A stretch of DNA of 53,944 nt from Octopus bimaculoides (GCF_001194135.2 NC_068983.1:132278051-132331994), one strand, 5' to 3'; shown: positions 37,894 to 50,930, counted from the first letter of the stretch. A program made the numbers and translations. Notes: generated by a model not told the origin, from the sequence alone.

Positions 37894-37947
37894 GGTGCTC
37901 CAGCATGGCCGCAGTCAAATGACTGAAACAAATAAAAGAGTAATAGA
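37894..37947 (+). mobile_element. Isolated SINE/CR1 3' tail
   Basis: GGTGCTCCAGCATGGCCGCAGTCAAATGACTGAAACAAATAAAAGAG. Confidence 0.85.
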
Positions 37948-38039
37948 GTATATATACAAACACACGCACACAGTGTGCTGAAGGTATTTGAGGACATAGC
38001 TTTTGTGTGTCACTGTTGTGTATAATCTTTGTTTTAGAA

Positions 38040-38995
38040 AATAATAATGGCAGACGCTCAAAAAATGAAGAGGCATGCTGTTATTTTGGTTATAAAGCCA
38101 AGTATCTCGATTTTTAAAAGTCTACAAAGTCTGTAAGGAGGTAGAGACTGAATATAGAAACGTATCATCAGTATCAAAGCATTAAAAAGCATTCTAATCG
38201 CTTTGAAATCAACAGAATACCTAGCAAGTTCAACAGATCGTTGATTAAAGTCCCAGAAAGTCTATTGGTCAGAAACAACCGTCAGAAATGTTGTCCGTCC
38301 ACGAAGTCTTATATGATGAGGGAAAGGCAATTTGTTAGAAAGACAAAAGCAAAAGAAATCCACTACAACAGATCTAAAAGGCCCTTAAACAAACTGAAAA
38401 TCCAGCAGAAGATTTGAATTGGTATTTCTCAAACGAGAAAAACTTCGACCAAGGTCAAAAAGTCAACAAAAGAATTGACAGATGGTTATGTGCAGATCCA
38501 TCTGAAGTTCGAAGTGTTATGCATACAAAATTTCCTGCAACTATCATGGTTTTAGGGGTTGTCAGTAGTGAAGGACATTTGATGCCTCCATACTTCTTTC
38601 CACAATACCTTAGAGTTAACTCTGCTACCTACATTGAGATCCTGGAAATAATTGTTAAGCCCTGTATAGACATTGTATGCAATGGAAGGCCATATGTGTT
38701 TCAGTAAGATTCTGTACTATCACACATGGCTCTAGTAACACAAGAATGGATGACTGAAAATTTTCATAATCATATAACGCCAAACATTTGGACTCCTAAT
38801 TCCTCAGACCTATTACATTTGGAGCGTTGGTAAGAGTGAGGTCAATGAACATACCAATAACACCAAAGATTCTTTGAAAGCTGCCATAGTCAGAGTAATG
38901 CCCAAAATGAACAAGGACCACTTGATTCGAACATGTAAATGATTTAGGTCTCATATAGAAGCAATTCTTGAAGCGGAAGGTGGCTTTATTGAATA
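38040..38995 (+). mobile_element. DD37D (maT/mori-like) Tc1/mariner transposase pseudogene
   Basis: MKRHAVI; ORF 38414-38707 WYFSNEKNF..N...DRW..KFPATIMVLGVVSSEG..PYFF..RVNSATYIEIL..PYVFQ*DS; W.PNSSDL; SLKAAI..C..FRSHIEAILEAEGGFIE*. Confidence 0.85.
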
Positions 38996-39715
38996 ACGAT
39001 ATAGGAAAGAAGATTTATCTTTTTATTCTAATAGCATTGTGTGATAAATACAGTTAGTATTTGTTATTATATACCTGTTTTATATATATATATATATATA
39101 AACTCGAAATTTGTTCATTTGCTAGGAATATCGGATGGGAATTCAATAGTGCAGTTAAAGTCATAAATCTAAAAAGAAAATGCGATCTATGAATATGCGA
39201 TATATGAATTCCAGATCTTCAACGCAAAAGAAGTATCAGTAGCTCGTATCTTTATTATGTGTGCATTAAATGTTATTCATCTCTTACTAGATGGAATACT
39301 TTTTTGTTGATCTTACCTTAACGGAACAAAAAATTATACATACACACACATACACACGCGCGCACACACATACGCACACACGCATGCACACACATACGCA
39401 CAGAACACATCACACGCACACATATTTATATACATATAAACATATATATTATCGTTGAATGTCTTCTGATGACATCAACTCTTCGATGTCAAAGTACTTT
39501 CACTGATAGCAAATGAAGATTTGCTATTTTCTGTAAGATATACTCGATACCATAAATATCTGGACAACCAGTGACTTCCAGTGAAGACTAGTGTATGTGA
39601 AAACACAGATAAGTGCTATGAAAATTTGATATGACTGCGTGAAGTAAACTACTTTATGCATAAACAAAAGGCACCAAGCTATCTTATGCAAGGAACCTTA
39701 TGCAAGGAACCTTAA

Positions 39716-39762
39716 GCAAGCTGTTTCATGCATTACTAAAAGCAGCAACGTGTCTTCAGTAT
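39716..39762 (-). ncRNA. Degenerate hammerhead-like motif
   Basis: Minus strand: CTGAAGA-ca-CGTTGCT-gctttt-AGTAATG-cat-GAAAC-AGCT-tgc. Both boxes present; stem II imperfect; AGCT palindromic loop; no clean NUH triplet or stem I. Confidence 0.3.
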
Positions 39763-40633
39763 CGAAGAGCAAGCGATGGTCTCAACGTCTTCCGTGGTGT
39801 AGCGACGAGGATTAGAGACTCAACAAGACGGAATCAATGGTAACGAGCAGAAAAGCAATACAGACACAGAGACTGCCTCAAAGGATATTACCAAAGGAAG
39901 AAGTGGAAATAAAATGTCTATGTGGATAGATCTGTATGCAAATAGAATAGCTTTTAAAGAAAAGTGATGGTTGGAATTTACCCGTTCATCTGGTCACCTG
40001 ATCAATGTAATAACTTATTCATGATGAGAAAAAAAATTGTATTGGACAAACATAAGTGACATTAAGAAAAGGAATGTCATTTCATAAAGAAGTTCTAGAT
40101 GTTGTTCTAGACATAGACAAATGTCTTGCACTGAATACATAACGTATGATAGGAATCACGAAATAATTGTAATATTTTTTTCTTTAAAACAATACGTGAA
40201 GGGAATATCAGAACCGCAGAGAAATAAAGATACTTCATTCATTGGAAAATAGCGACCTCAATGAAAAAGCCCATTAAATTTTGATAGCATCTATATCTAT
40301 TATTACTATTTATTAGAAAAAAAAGTACGGGACTTATTACATCCGCTGCATCAGCCAACAATTTTTATTTATGATCTCTCCTGTTACGAAGTAAGTTAAT
40401 AATTGAAAATTATTGAATGCAATATATTAATACAAGATCATCTAAAAGACTATACTTATATACTCATGAAATTATAGAAGAAAAAATAATTGCAAAATCA
40501 TGAATATTCATATTCCCCCGGCAAATGAATGGAAACCAAACGATTACATAACTAAGGCATTATGTAACAGTTTAATCATTAGATATACTGCATCTGTGCA
40601 TCTTGATCTCTTCATTCAGTATTTACACATACA

Positions 40634-40716
<83 letters not shown>

Positions 40717-43574
40717 ATGCATACGTGCATTTATTCGTAGCACACCGCATTGTATCAATCCCTTCGGACAGCAAGCAACAGAAGAATGACGAACGGCTAA
40801 CAAAATCTAACGCGCGACGCTGACCTGCAACGTAGTAGCATCACTCCTTCTTACTTCATAAAGATAATATGTCATCCGTCGATTCATTGACTTTATAATT
40901 TTGTGTTCAACTACAAATAAGTCAAAGATCTTCGGAATATATCAACAATACTAATAGTAATGTAATTCGATGCCATACTATATGTATTTTTACCCTGTAT
41001 ATTAACTTGTGTCTGTGTGTGTGGGGGTGGGGGGTATATATGTGTGTGTGTGTAGAATGCATGTTTCTTTGCTTTCTCTCCTAGTATTCTGCGTATGAGT
41101 ATGTATGTTTATGCAACACACATAATTCAGGAAGTTTCGCTACTAAAATTTATTCACGTTTTCAGGGACAATACTCTTTTATATCAAAATTCAAAAGTAA
41201 CGAAATTTGTTGCCAATACTAAAAGAATTGAATGGAACTAAATACAAAAATGACTGAAAGAAACATTACTTCGAAAAAAAAAAGAGATCTTTATTATCTC
41301 GCTTGGCATAATTCTCCATTAACTGATTTCTTACTCTATATACATCTTTAAATATTTATCAATCTATATATGCTTATTTGCACATGTGTGTNNNNNNNNN
41401 NNNNNNNNNNNNNNNNNNNNNNNNNNNNNNNNNNNNNNNNNNNNNNNNNNNNNNNNNNNNNNNNNNNNNNNNNNNNNNNNNNNNNNNNNNNNNNNNNNNN
41501 NNNNNNNNNNNNNNNNNNNNNNNNNNNNTATATATATATATATTCATCTCTTAGTGCAGGTGCTTGTGAATCTAGGGAATGACAGGCAGATTGTTGAATA
41601 AAGTATAAGCAGCGGTAAAGAACTTACTTGCACACAATGTCAGAACGGTCTTGCATGGTTACATACGAATGCAAACATTTCACTTCACACGTGCATACCA
41701 ACACACACGTGAAGCGACATGTACATACACTTGTATATTCACACATCTAGTACCATTTAAACTATCAAAGTTTTCGCATCGCCTCGGGCTCAAGCCATTT
41801 ACTTCACTAACAGCTTATCCGATTTTCGACAATATATATTAGTGCAGGCGCGATTGTGTGTGTGTGTATATATATATGCATATTATATATGTATATATGT
41901 ATATATATATATGTATGTATATATATGTGTGAGTGTATAAATAGGTATGTATGTATGTGCGTGTGTATGTACATGTATATATATTCGAAAGGCCGGTGTT
42001 TTAATGGTGGCAGCTGATGAAGGAGATGTTTCTATGTGGCTTGCTTGTTTGTTGTACCTTGTTTATCATTTTTTCCATGTTCTTTGCCACGTCATGTATC
42101 CAGTTATGTATCTATGTGTACATGTGGATGAAGGTATATACACACATGTACATATATATGCATATAATCATATATTGTTTATATATNNNNNNNNNNNNNN
42201 NNNNNNNNNNNNNNNNNNNNNNNNNNNNNNNNNNNNNNNNNNNNNNNNNNNNNNNNNNNNNNNNNNNNNNNTATATTATATATACATATATACATGTATA
42301 TATATATAGAAAGAGATGGGGGAAGGGAGCGAAAAAGAGAGTGACAGAAGGCGAGATACTTGGAAAGGTATACTTACATTCATACATACATATCTAAATA
42401 TGTGTGTGTGTGTATTTATGTATAAATTTATAAGTATACATGTATGTGTGCTTGTGTGTGCATGAGTGATTGAAAGCAATATCTAATATAAACTGTAGTT
42501 TACTTTATAAATAACGTACATGAAAATATATACGTATATGAGTGTAAATATAGCCCACGCTTAAACCTGTAAATGATTCCTCTAGAGAAGTATGTTTTAT
42601 GGTCGATTAGCAAAATCTTTTCACACAATTCTGAGCCGATCTTTTCCATTTCATCTACTTATCTTATGCTTCTTCACACAGCGACCCTGTCCCTTTGTAT
42701 ACCTCTCTTTCTTTCCACCTCGCTTTCTTTCACTCCTTTCTGTCTCTATCGCTCACTCGCCCAATCTGGTTCTTCTGTATTTTTTTTCCATCTGTCTTTC
42801 AGTGTTTTCGAATCGGTCTCTTTCGTAGGGATACAATCAAATTCGTTAATATACAGAATATTAGTAGTATGATGCATACGTAAACAAATGGTGGAGAAAT
42901 ATTCTCAAATGAAAAATATTCAATAAAACCTTAGCTTTAGATGTTTGCTTGCTTCTATCTATGGATCACTTTATCCCATATTATCTGCCTATAGCGGATG
43001 ATATTACTATCATTGTTGAACTTTTTGTTTATATGCCATTTGCAATAGCAATTTTATTTACTTTTAAATGTATGTTTACTGTTGGACCTTCATGTTATAT
43101 AAATATGTATGTATATATATATATATATATATATATNNNNNNNNNNNNNNNNNNNNNNNNNNNNNNNNNNNNNNNNNNNNNNNNNNNNNNNNNNNNNNNN
43201 NNNNNNNNNNNNNNNNNNNNNNNNNNNNNNNNNNNNNNNNNNNNNNNNNNNNNNNNNNNNNNNNNNNNNNNNNNNNNNNNNNNNNNNNNNNNNNNNNNNN
43301 NNNNNNNNNNNNNNNNNNNNNNNNNNNNNNNNNNNNNNNNNNNNNNNNNNNNNNNNNNNNNNNNNNNNNNNNNNNNNNNNNNNNNNNNNNNNNNNNNNNN
43401 NNNNNNNNNNNNNNNNNNNNNNNNNNNNNNNNNNNNNNNNNNNNNNNNNTATATATATATATATATATATATATGCATATGCATGTACGTATGCATGTAT
43501 ATACATAGAAAGAAAGAGGAGAGCGACCGTTAATGTATTTTTGTATTGAAACTATAAAGGGGGAATGCACGGTA

Positions 43575-43925
43575 TAAGAGGGTGGGCTGAAAAGTTCATA
43601 GGCCAACTTTGTAGGAGTGATACTAAAGCAATGAAATGTCGTATGCATTAATAGTTTGAAACTTTCATATCAATAACTGCATTGTTTCCTTGCATTTAAA
43701 CTAACATCGCACAAGTTAAAAAAGACTTCAAATGTAACTAGTGGAGATTTCTGTTCGGTGGATGCCACGTCTTCTGACACCAGATGAAGAGCTCGAACTG
43801 ATCATATCACACGAAAATCTGACGTTGTTGGAGGCAGATCCACCTGGCTTCCTTGAATGATGAGTGTTGAGTGTTGAGTTCACCTCTTTCTGCCAACAAC
43901 AAAGAGATAAATCATGCTGTAGCAA
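43575..43925 (+). mobile_element. Internally deleted mariner remnant
   Basis: TIR-like TAAGAGGGTGGGCTGAAAAGTTCATAGG. SVRWMPRLLTPD (WVPRLL motif) at 43750-43785, then ENLTLLEADP. Confidence 0.7.
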
Positions 43926-44019
43926 CAATTAATTTGATGGCTACAGATTTTTGGGATGCAAAATGTGTTGAGTTTATTGACTATCTTCAAAAGGGCCACA
44001 TCTCGAAAGAATAAAAGGT

Positions 44020-44070
44020 GAAGTCAACGCCAGCGGAATTTGAACTTAGAACATAGTGGCAGGCAAAATA
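44020..44070 (-). mobile_element. SINE fragment (B-box region)
   Basis: Reverse complement GTTCTAAGTTCAAATTCCGCTGGCGTTGACTTCACCTTT. Confidence 0.65.
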
Positions 44071-44099
44071 TTTCATCCAGCAATAAGAAAAATTTCCCA

Positions 44100-45825
44100 G
44101 TAAAACAAACGAAAACGAGTTTTCTTTCATGAGGACGGTACTTATGTTGTCTGCTACACTGAATATACTCAAACATTCACTTATCCATGAGTGTGGGATC
44201 ATATCAAGTTTTCCTACAATTAATCCAGGCTATTGTTAGATTTTTCTTTCTAACTTTTCATTCATTTAGTACTGCTTTGTCTATATATAACAGATCATGC
44301 GTTCCTGTAGCCTTCTTCCTGCAACCTTTCTTTTCTTGTGGCAGTAACTTCTGGCTCTGGTGATGCTCGTAAATGCTTTCTGAAATCATTCCTGTTAGCA
44401 TCTTCCTCACTAATGTAAAGGAAGTGATTGGTTTAAAATTGAGAGCTATATTACCCTTGCTCTTATATTTCATAAGCAGTATTTTTCTCCCTCTAGTCAT
44501 CCAATCTGGTATTATTCTTTCATTAAGGCAATCCTGAAGCTGTTCCCTCAACCTCACATGTAAACCACTAAATTTCTTTAGTCAGTATCCTTGAATCAAA
44601 TCTGATCCTGGGTCCTTCCAATTCTGCATTTTTCCTAACACTTTACTCACTAATGCACTAGTTAATCTTAGTTTAAGCTACTTCTTACTCGTTATTTCTT
44701 CCCTCACTTTCTTTAACCATACTGCATCTCCATTATAATTGACTACTTATCCCAAATATTACTCCAGAACTTTTAACTTCTGCATTAGATTTCTCATCTA
44801 CAATACTTCGTTCTCCCCTATTTATTTGGTTATAAAATCTCCTTTGGTCTGTCTCAAATAATCAATTCTGTTAATACTGATCATCGATTCTTTTCGGATA
44901 TCTGGAGAGCTTGCCTGCTAGTGCGATGATATGCTGTTTCAACTCTTCTATTACTATACCAAATCCTTTCTCTTTGACTAAGTATCTTTCCTCGAGGGAA
45001 GATTTGCCTCTTGTGTTTCCTAACTTGTTCAGTTTCCAGTCTGCTATTCTACTCAGATCTTGTTTAAAACTCTTCACTTTATTTTGTCTCCTTTTCCACA
45101 TTTGTTCTGTTTTATTTTTTTCTTGTGAGACATCTAATCTTCTAGTGACTGCTACCTATCCAGCATATATCAATAAGTTAATGTCTCCTATAGTTTTAGT
45201 ATCTATCCTACTGATAACAGAATCTACTTTCCTAGTCCTTTCTGGCAGTTTCCTTCTGTTGGTGCCTTTTAATGCGGGCAATATTTTCTTCTTTACACAA
45301 TACTTCCTGTAACTCATCTAAAATATTCTCATCTTCCTCACCACTTAAATCACTTAAGTCGCTAGTGCCAGTTGTCCCTTCCTTATTGAGGGCACTATCA
45401 TTATTTTTTCCTTTAGATTCTTCTTTGGTTTGAGACGTATCTCTTATGTTGTTATTTATTTTTCCTGCTGCCTGGTCTTTCTTTTCCAGCTCTTTTGTGA
45501 TCTCTTCCACCTCCAATTCTGTCATTTATTTTCTTCTCTGAATAGCAACTGTCACCCACTTTCTTCTCCTAATCTCTGCTCAGTCATTTCAAACATACCC
45601 TTCACTACCCTGAGTGTTAGCATCCGTTTCCTATAGCCTCTTCTTTTAGGTTCACTTTCTTAGTAGCACTGCATCATTATCCTGTCTTCTTCTTATTGTA
45701 TCAGTATATTTTCTTTCATTGTTTTTGCGGATTCTTAATTTCTGCTTCGTGATGGTTTCAGATTTGATCCTTTTTCTCAGAACCTCTCTGCTACACGTCC
45801 ATGCTGTTCGGGGATTCGCAACAGT
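44100..45825 (-). mobile_element. R4/Dong-type retrotransposon 5' half (Myb-like N-terminus to early RT), 3'-truncated
   Basis: IMMQCY..PKRRGYRKRML..MFEMTEQRL; ELKQHIIALAGKLSRY; MQNWKDPG.D; IPDWMTRGRKILLMK..NFKPIT..LLPQEKKGCRK..GTHDLLYIDK; MIPHSWISECL. Confidence 0.9.
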
Positions 45826-45827
45826 AT

Positions 45828-45886
45828 TCTTCTTCTTCTTCTTCTTCTTCTTCTTCTTCTTCTTCTTCTTCTTCTTCTTCTTCTTT

Positions 45887-45951
<65 letters not shown>
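45828..45951. repeat. (TTC)n followed by (ATT)n microsatellite
   Basis: Perfect runs immediately at the 5' side of the minus-strand R4/Dong copy. Confidence 0.97.
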
Positions 45952-45953
<2 letters not shown>

Positions 45954-45954
45954 A

Positions 45955-46160
45955 AAAGCTGCAAACTGGCGGAGTCGTGTTACACGCCAAGTGAAATGCT
46001 TAGAGTTATTTCGTCGGTCTTTAGGTTCTGAGATCAAATTCCACCGAGGTCATTTTTACCTTTCATCCTGTCGGTTTTGATAAAATCAATACCAGTTGAG
46101 GACTGATGTCAATGTATTGGACTAGACGGTCCTCCAAATTTTCAGCCTCCCTGTGCAGCA
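45955..46160 (+). mobile_element. Near-full-length tRNA-derived SINE (octopus-type)
   Basis: CTGGCGGAGTCGT (A box)..GAAATGCTTAG..GTTCTGAGATCAAATTCCACCGAGGTC (B box)..CCTTTCATCC..GATAAAA..TACCAGTTGAG.ACTG..AAATTTTCAGCC. Confidence 0.8.
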
Positions 46161-48687
46161 GCAACGGTGGTAGTACTTGTTGTGTTTCATATATTTACTT
46201 TCTGTGTTCGATAATAAAGCTGACCTGTTACATGATCAGTTAAGTTCCATATGGCCTGGCCAACTCATATTTTTATTTTCAGGCACTGCGTCGTTTATTG
46301 CTACACGCTGTGAAGTAGTTATTTGAAGGGAGTTTCGCTGTTATTACTAGCATTGCGTGTGACCATATAAAACTTGCTATTTTATCGAAATACGCTACAG
46401 TTATTAGACGTTAAATGCAGGCAAGTATTATTTCACGTTTGCATAATTATATGAACATGTGCCATGGATCAAAATCTCAATAATATTCTTCAGTTGTTTC
46501 GTGAGTAATATTTGCAAATGACACAACGTTGCAAACGGAGCAATATAATAAAGCGTTTAGCAAAAATATCGGTTTCAGAATACGTATTAATGCGACAAAT
46601 TAATCAATATTATGTTGTTTTCGTGATCTGTTAGTTCCCCTAAAGGATGATCAAATGTATTGATTCTTGGTTTAAGGAGTTATAATGCCTGATTCCTATG
46701 CACTACATGCAGCACAAGTGAAGTTCACGCAATATCAATGATAATGAATTTTTTCACTGACATTAGAAGTCTTAGGTCACACGTATGTAACAGAATAGAC
46801 ATCAAATATATCAAAGATATCTGACGAAATTATTTCACTGTATATGTATTGAAACACCTTCAGCATTCATATCTGATCTTTTCAAATGGACTCTAACAGT
46901 AATCTCGCCAACGTAATATCAAGTTGTGTACAATTAATCACACACTCAGCAATAAATTTCAATCTCCAAGAGGTATGTCAAAATACCAAGCAATTTGTTT
47001 TATCCTGCCAATGCACAAGACTTTAATATCTCAAAACTGGAGAAAATCGTCTTCCTGAGAACATCATTCAAAACTGAATGTCGTTTCATTATTTCCCAGC
47101 AAAATAAACGGTGGATTTACACAATCGCAGGAGTGGTGGTCAGTATATACCAGTGATGTTTACTCAAGCTATTTTAAGTCCCCAATTCAGCTCAAATCCA
47201 TTCAGATGTGAGCTAAATTGGGGTTGATGTAATAGGTATAAGTTCAGTACTGAAATAATTGGTTGTTTCATCTCAATAATTTGCAACTTTTTGAGTAACT
47301 TTAACTCATGTTTGTCTCTCAGCGTGCAAAATGACTAACCAAATATGATAACATGTTTTTTTTCTTCAAATAACCGTTGTTTTTCATTGCATTCAACACA
47401 TATACATATACTTTCATACATGTATTTGTGTGTATGCGTGTGCATTGATGTGTGTATGTGTGGTCGGGGGTGGGTAATCCAGTGTGTGTAAGCAAGTGTG
47501 TTTGTCTAAATTCTACAGGGAAATGTTGGGTCTCCTGCGTAATATAAGATCGTAAATTCGAAGAACCCATGTGAATGACCACGTAAGACAGCATCTATAC
47601 ATCTTTATTTGCATCAATGAAATTTATTATGCAAACATTTATCGAGCTTCTGGAACCTTAGGTTTGCTGATTTTTATTGATTTGTCCACTCTAAAATTTC
47701 ACTCGATCATGTCAGCGCGAAAATTCACAGCATCTTTTGGTAACTTATTCCCGGAATAGGTTGTCAGTAATCTGTGTTACTATTTTGTGAACAGATCGGA
47801 ATAGGTTATTATCACTTCTGATCTTGCTTTGCCATCTTTATATTTTGATATAGATACGTACGCTTCCAACTTCCTCAATGAAAATAAATAATTCTACTGT
47901 TTGCCAACTCTAATTTAACTTTTTAGAATTGTTTGAAAACAAATTGATTGAAGAAAGTTTGTCCCCGGAGAATGGATTTAGTATAGGGAGTGAAAGGAAT
48001 TCATCAGCAGCAAACAAGTTTTTGCGTTTTTAGTATAGTAAATTTTACATGAATAACCTAGAAATTATAGAAATATATTTAGATATTGAGTGATGTGGTG
48101 CTGCAGGTGATGTGAAATTTATTTTCCTGCTAGTGATTTAAACAAGAATGCATTTTGCACCAGAAGTTAATGTGAGAGTTTTTCTCGTGGTATCTACCGC
48201 AGTATAGTTTGTTCTAACAGAACATCCACGTTTAAGTGGGGATAAACATTACCTCTCGATATTAGTATTGGCTCCCTGTTGATGATGTATATTTCTTTGA
48301 GATTAATGTTATATATATATATGCGAGATTTTATCATTCACATATTTTACGTAAATTAGTGACTAACATTAATTGTAATGTTATTCAACTACAGACTTAC
48401 ACATGTTTCCACAGGTGACAATTGTGTGGTCATGTAGACGAATCCCTAATACATTTATACTCGTTTACAATCTTAATTTATAATGCTACAATCAATTGGC
48501 ATGTATAAGACCACGCATACAATTCACATTTTTGCTTTTGTCACATCACATTCAACTGTAAAAATTTCTACAAATACAAACCATAGATATTCTTATCCGT
48601 TATTCTGCAATTTGTAAAATTTTCCATGGCAGTTATTTTGGTAAGATAATCGAAAAATACTTGAATACGTCAATTTATTTTTCTACA

Positions 48688-49527
48688 TACGAGGTCTGAT
48701 TAATATGTGTCCGGACTGTTGCCATAGTAACGAAGCTAATGAACGCAAAGTAAAGTCGCTTGGCAACATTGACCGTGAAATCTGCTTTGCCTGTGCACTA
48801 AGTTTTAACGTTATAGCTCACTGCCGCTGTTTACAGCAATGTTTGGAAGGAAGGTGTGTAGCATGTGACCGTCGCATTGACCGTGAGAGACAAAGTTGTC
48901 ATGCCGATATCTGCTCAGAAGCCTACGTAAAGTTGCAGAAAGTGTATGGAAAGGAGTGTATGAGCCGCAAACAAGTGTACGAGTGTTTCATATGTTTCCA
49001 AGATTGCTGAAAACATGTCGGTATTGACGAACGTTCTGGGAGACCCGCAGCCAACATAACTGACATAAATATTGCAGATGTGCGTGCAGCTGTCAGGGGA
49101 GATCGTCCAATCCCCATCCGTAAGCTATCAGAGGATGTGCAGATTAATTACGTTTCAGTTCAGTCTATTATCACTGAATATTTGTGCATGAGATGCGTGT
49201 CTGCGAAGTTTGTGCGAAAACTGCTTTCAGTTGACCAAAAAGAAACTTATGTTTCAGTTGCACAATATCTCCACGAGTGTCGAGAACGATGAAGGCTTTT
49301 TGAAAATTTTGCGCAGGCCTCTGAGCAGGTATCACCAAGATTTGGGCAAAATTCGATGCAGATTCTCTGCTCAGCTTTCTCTGTTATGGTTAATACAACG
49401 ATCACACACTGCATAGCTTCTTTCCAAGAGTGCTGTAAAGGCCAATTGCTGCCGAGCGGCTTCACTCTGCATACTTTAGTGTCGTTTCTATGGCAACAGT
49501 CTGAATAGTTATTGATCAGACAACGTA
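48688..49527. mobile_element. Composite mariner made of two converging left halves, bounded by TIRs and TA
   Basis: Left end TA-CGAGGTCTGATTAAT; right end reverse complement TA-CGTTGTCTGATCAAT. The plus strand encodes a transposase N-terminus (SEAYVKLQKVYGKECMSRKQVYE..DERSGRP..VSAKFVRKLL) to ~49300. The minus strand 49527-49310 encodes another N-terminus (TEKAEQRICIEFCPNLGDTCSEA). Confidence 0.88.
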
Positions 49528-49846
49528 TATTATTATCTTATAAATTTCCTACTAGTAGTTGTATGCATTTCATTTATGTTTCATATATTTTTTATAGACT
49601 TGTTAAGTCCGATAAGTTCTTTGATTTTTGGATGTGCTTTTTCGTTTGTATATATACATGTGTGTGTGTGTGTATGTATGTACATTTATGTATGTATGTA
49701 TGTATGTATGTATGTATGCATGCATGCATGCATGTATGTATGTATGTATGTATGTATGTATATGTATAGTTAGCTGGCCTGTCCTGAAAGTCTTCACCGG
49801 TTAAAAATAGGGGACAAAAGCATGCTCAGATTACGTAATAGTCTTG

Positions 49847-49911
49847 TGGTGGTGCTCCAGCATGGCCACAGTCAAAAGACTGAAACAAGTAAAAAAAGTA
49901 AAAAAAAAAAG
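49847..49911 (+). mobile_element. SINE/CR1 3' tail
   Basis: GGTGGTGCTCCAGCATGGCCACAGTCAAAAGACTGAAACAAGTAAAAAAAG. Confidence 0.85.
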
Positions 49912-50049
49912 TATTATTCATGGCGTCTTATTACAGCTAATCCAATAACTGAAGGTCCTTATGTTCAGAACTATCAAGATATATTATAGTAATTCAGAGG
50001 TCACGAAACATGGGTGCATGGAAGAGTATCACTGGGAATGTTTTGTGTT

Positions 50050-50570
50050 AAACAAGTGTCTGCCTTACATAACAATATATTGGCATTCAATCATTGTTTA
50101 CGATATTAGAAAAAAAATTTTAAAAGCACTGAAAAATTTTAGCAGAAGTATCTTCGATCTGTCTTCCAAAAAAAGATATTCTTACTCCGATTACGAGGAG
50201 TATTCTACAAGCGTTTATGAAGATACCATTAGTTATATGTCGAATTGAAATTCATCTAAGAGAAAATGCGATTATATGGCTCATTATCTTATTTTTTCTT
50301 AACGTCACGATGTATTTTTACGTAGGACTTGCTTATATAAGTAGATATACGTTTCTCACAGACATATTAGTTCACGAAACTTTCTAATCAGCGCACACTA
50401 ATTGCTACCTAACAAAGCAAACTGTAGTAAATAAAACCAAATGAAAGGGGAAGTAACGTCACCGGGTATTGTTTTTGAGGTGGAAGTAGTACTAAAGGCT
50501 GTAATGTGTGTACTGAACCTTATCGGCGCGACAGAAGCTTCATACAAGACAAGACTCAACAATTATGCAG
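50050..50570 (+). mobile_element. Degraded Penelope-like fragments (linker and GIY-YIG)
   Basis: CLPYI..KILKAL; GIVFEVEV..LIGATEASYKTRLNN resembles the PLE GIY-YIG motif IVY.A.V..YIG.TE..FK.R.NNH. Confidence 0.5.
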
Positions 50571-50930
50571 TGGTAATAATTAATGTTATTATTACTACTA
50601 ACAGTTATTTCCATCTCCTAGCCAGCCTATCTAAAGCGAGGTTTTGGAATGATATTTAAATAAGGTTCACGACTAAAACAACTAAAGACAGACACCATAC
50701 GCTCGTTCTTAGAAGCGTAAACCTACTTAAGTCCAATAATTTCCAGTCTTCTGTATTCGACGATCTCACCAGTTCGCTAACCAGAATTTCTAGATATACG
50801 TCTTTTAAAATCCAGGAGAAATATAACATTAGTGAAGGAGGGGTAGGCACATGAGGAAAGTAGTAAAATGTTTCAAATGAACGGGAGATTAATGAAAAAG
50901 TGCGAATATTACTTGAAAAGTAATAGACGG

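Noticed and set aside
46265-46320. Strong splice acceptor TTTTTTATTTTCAG
   Set aside because: All three frames stop within ~45 nt and no donor follows. It sits next to SINE debris.
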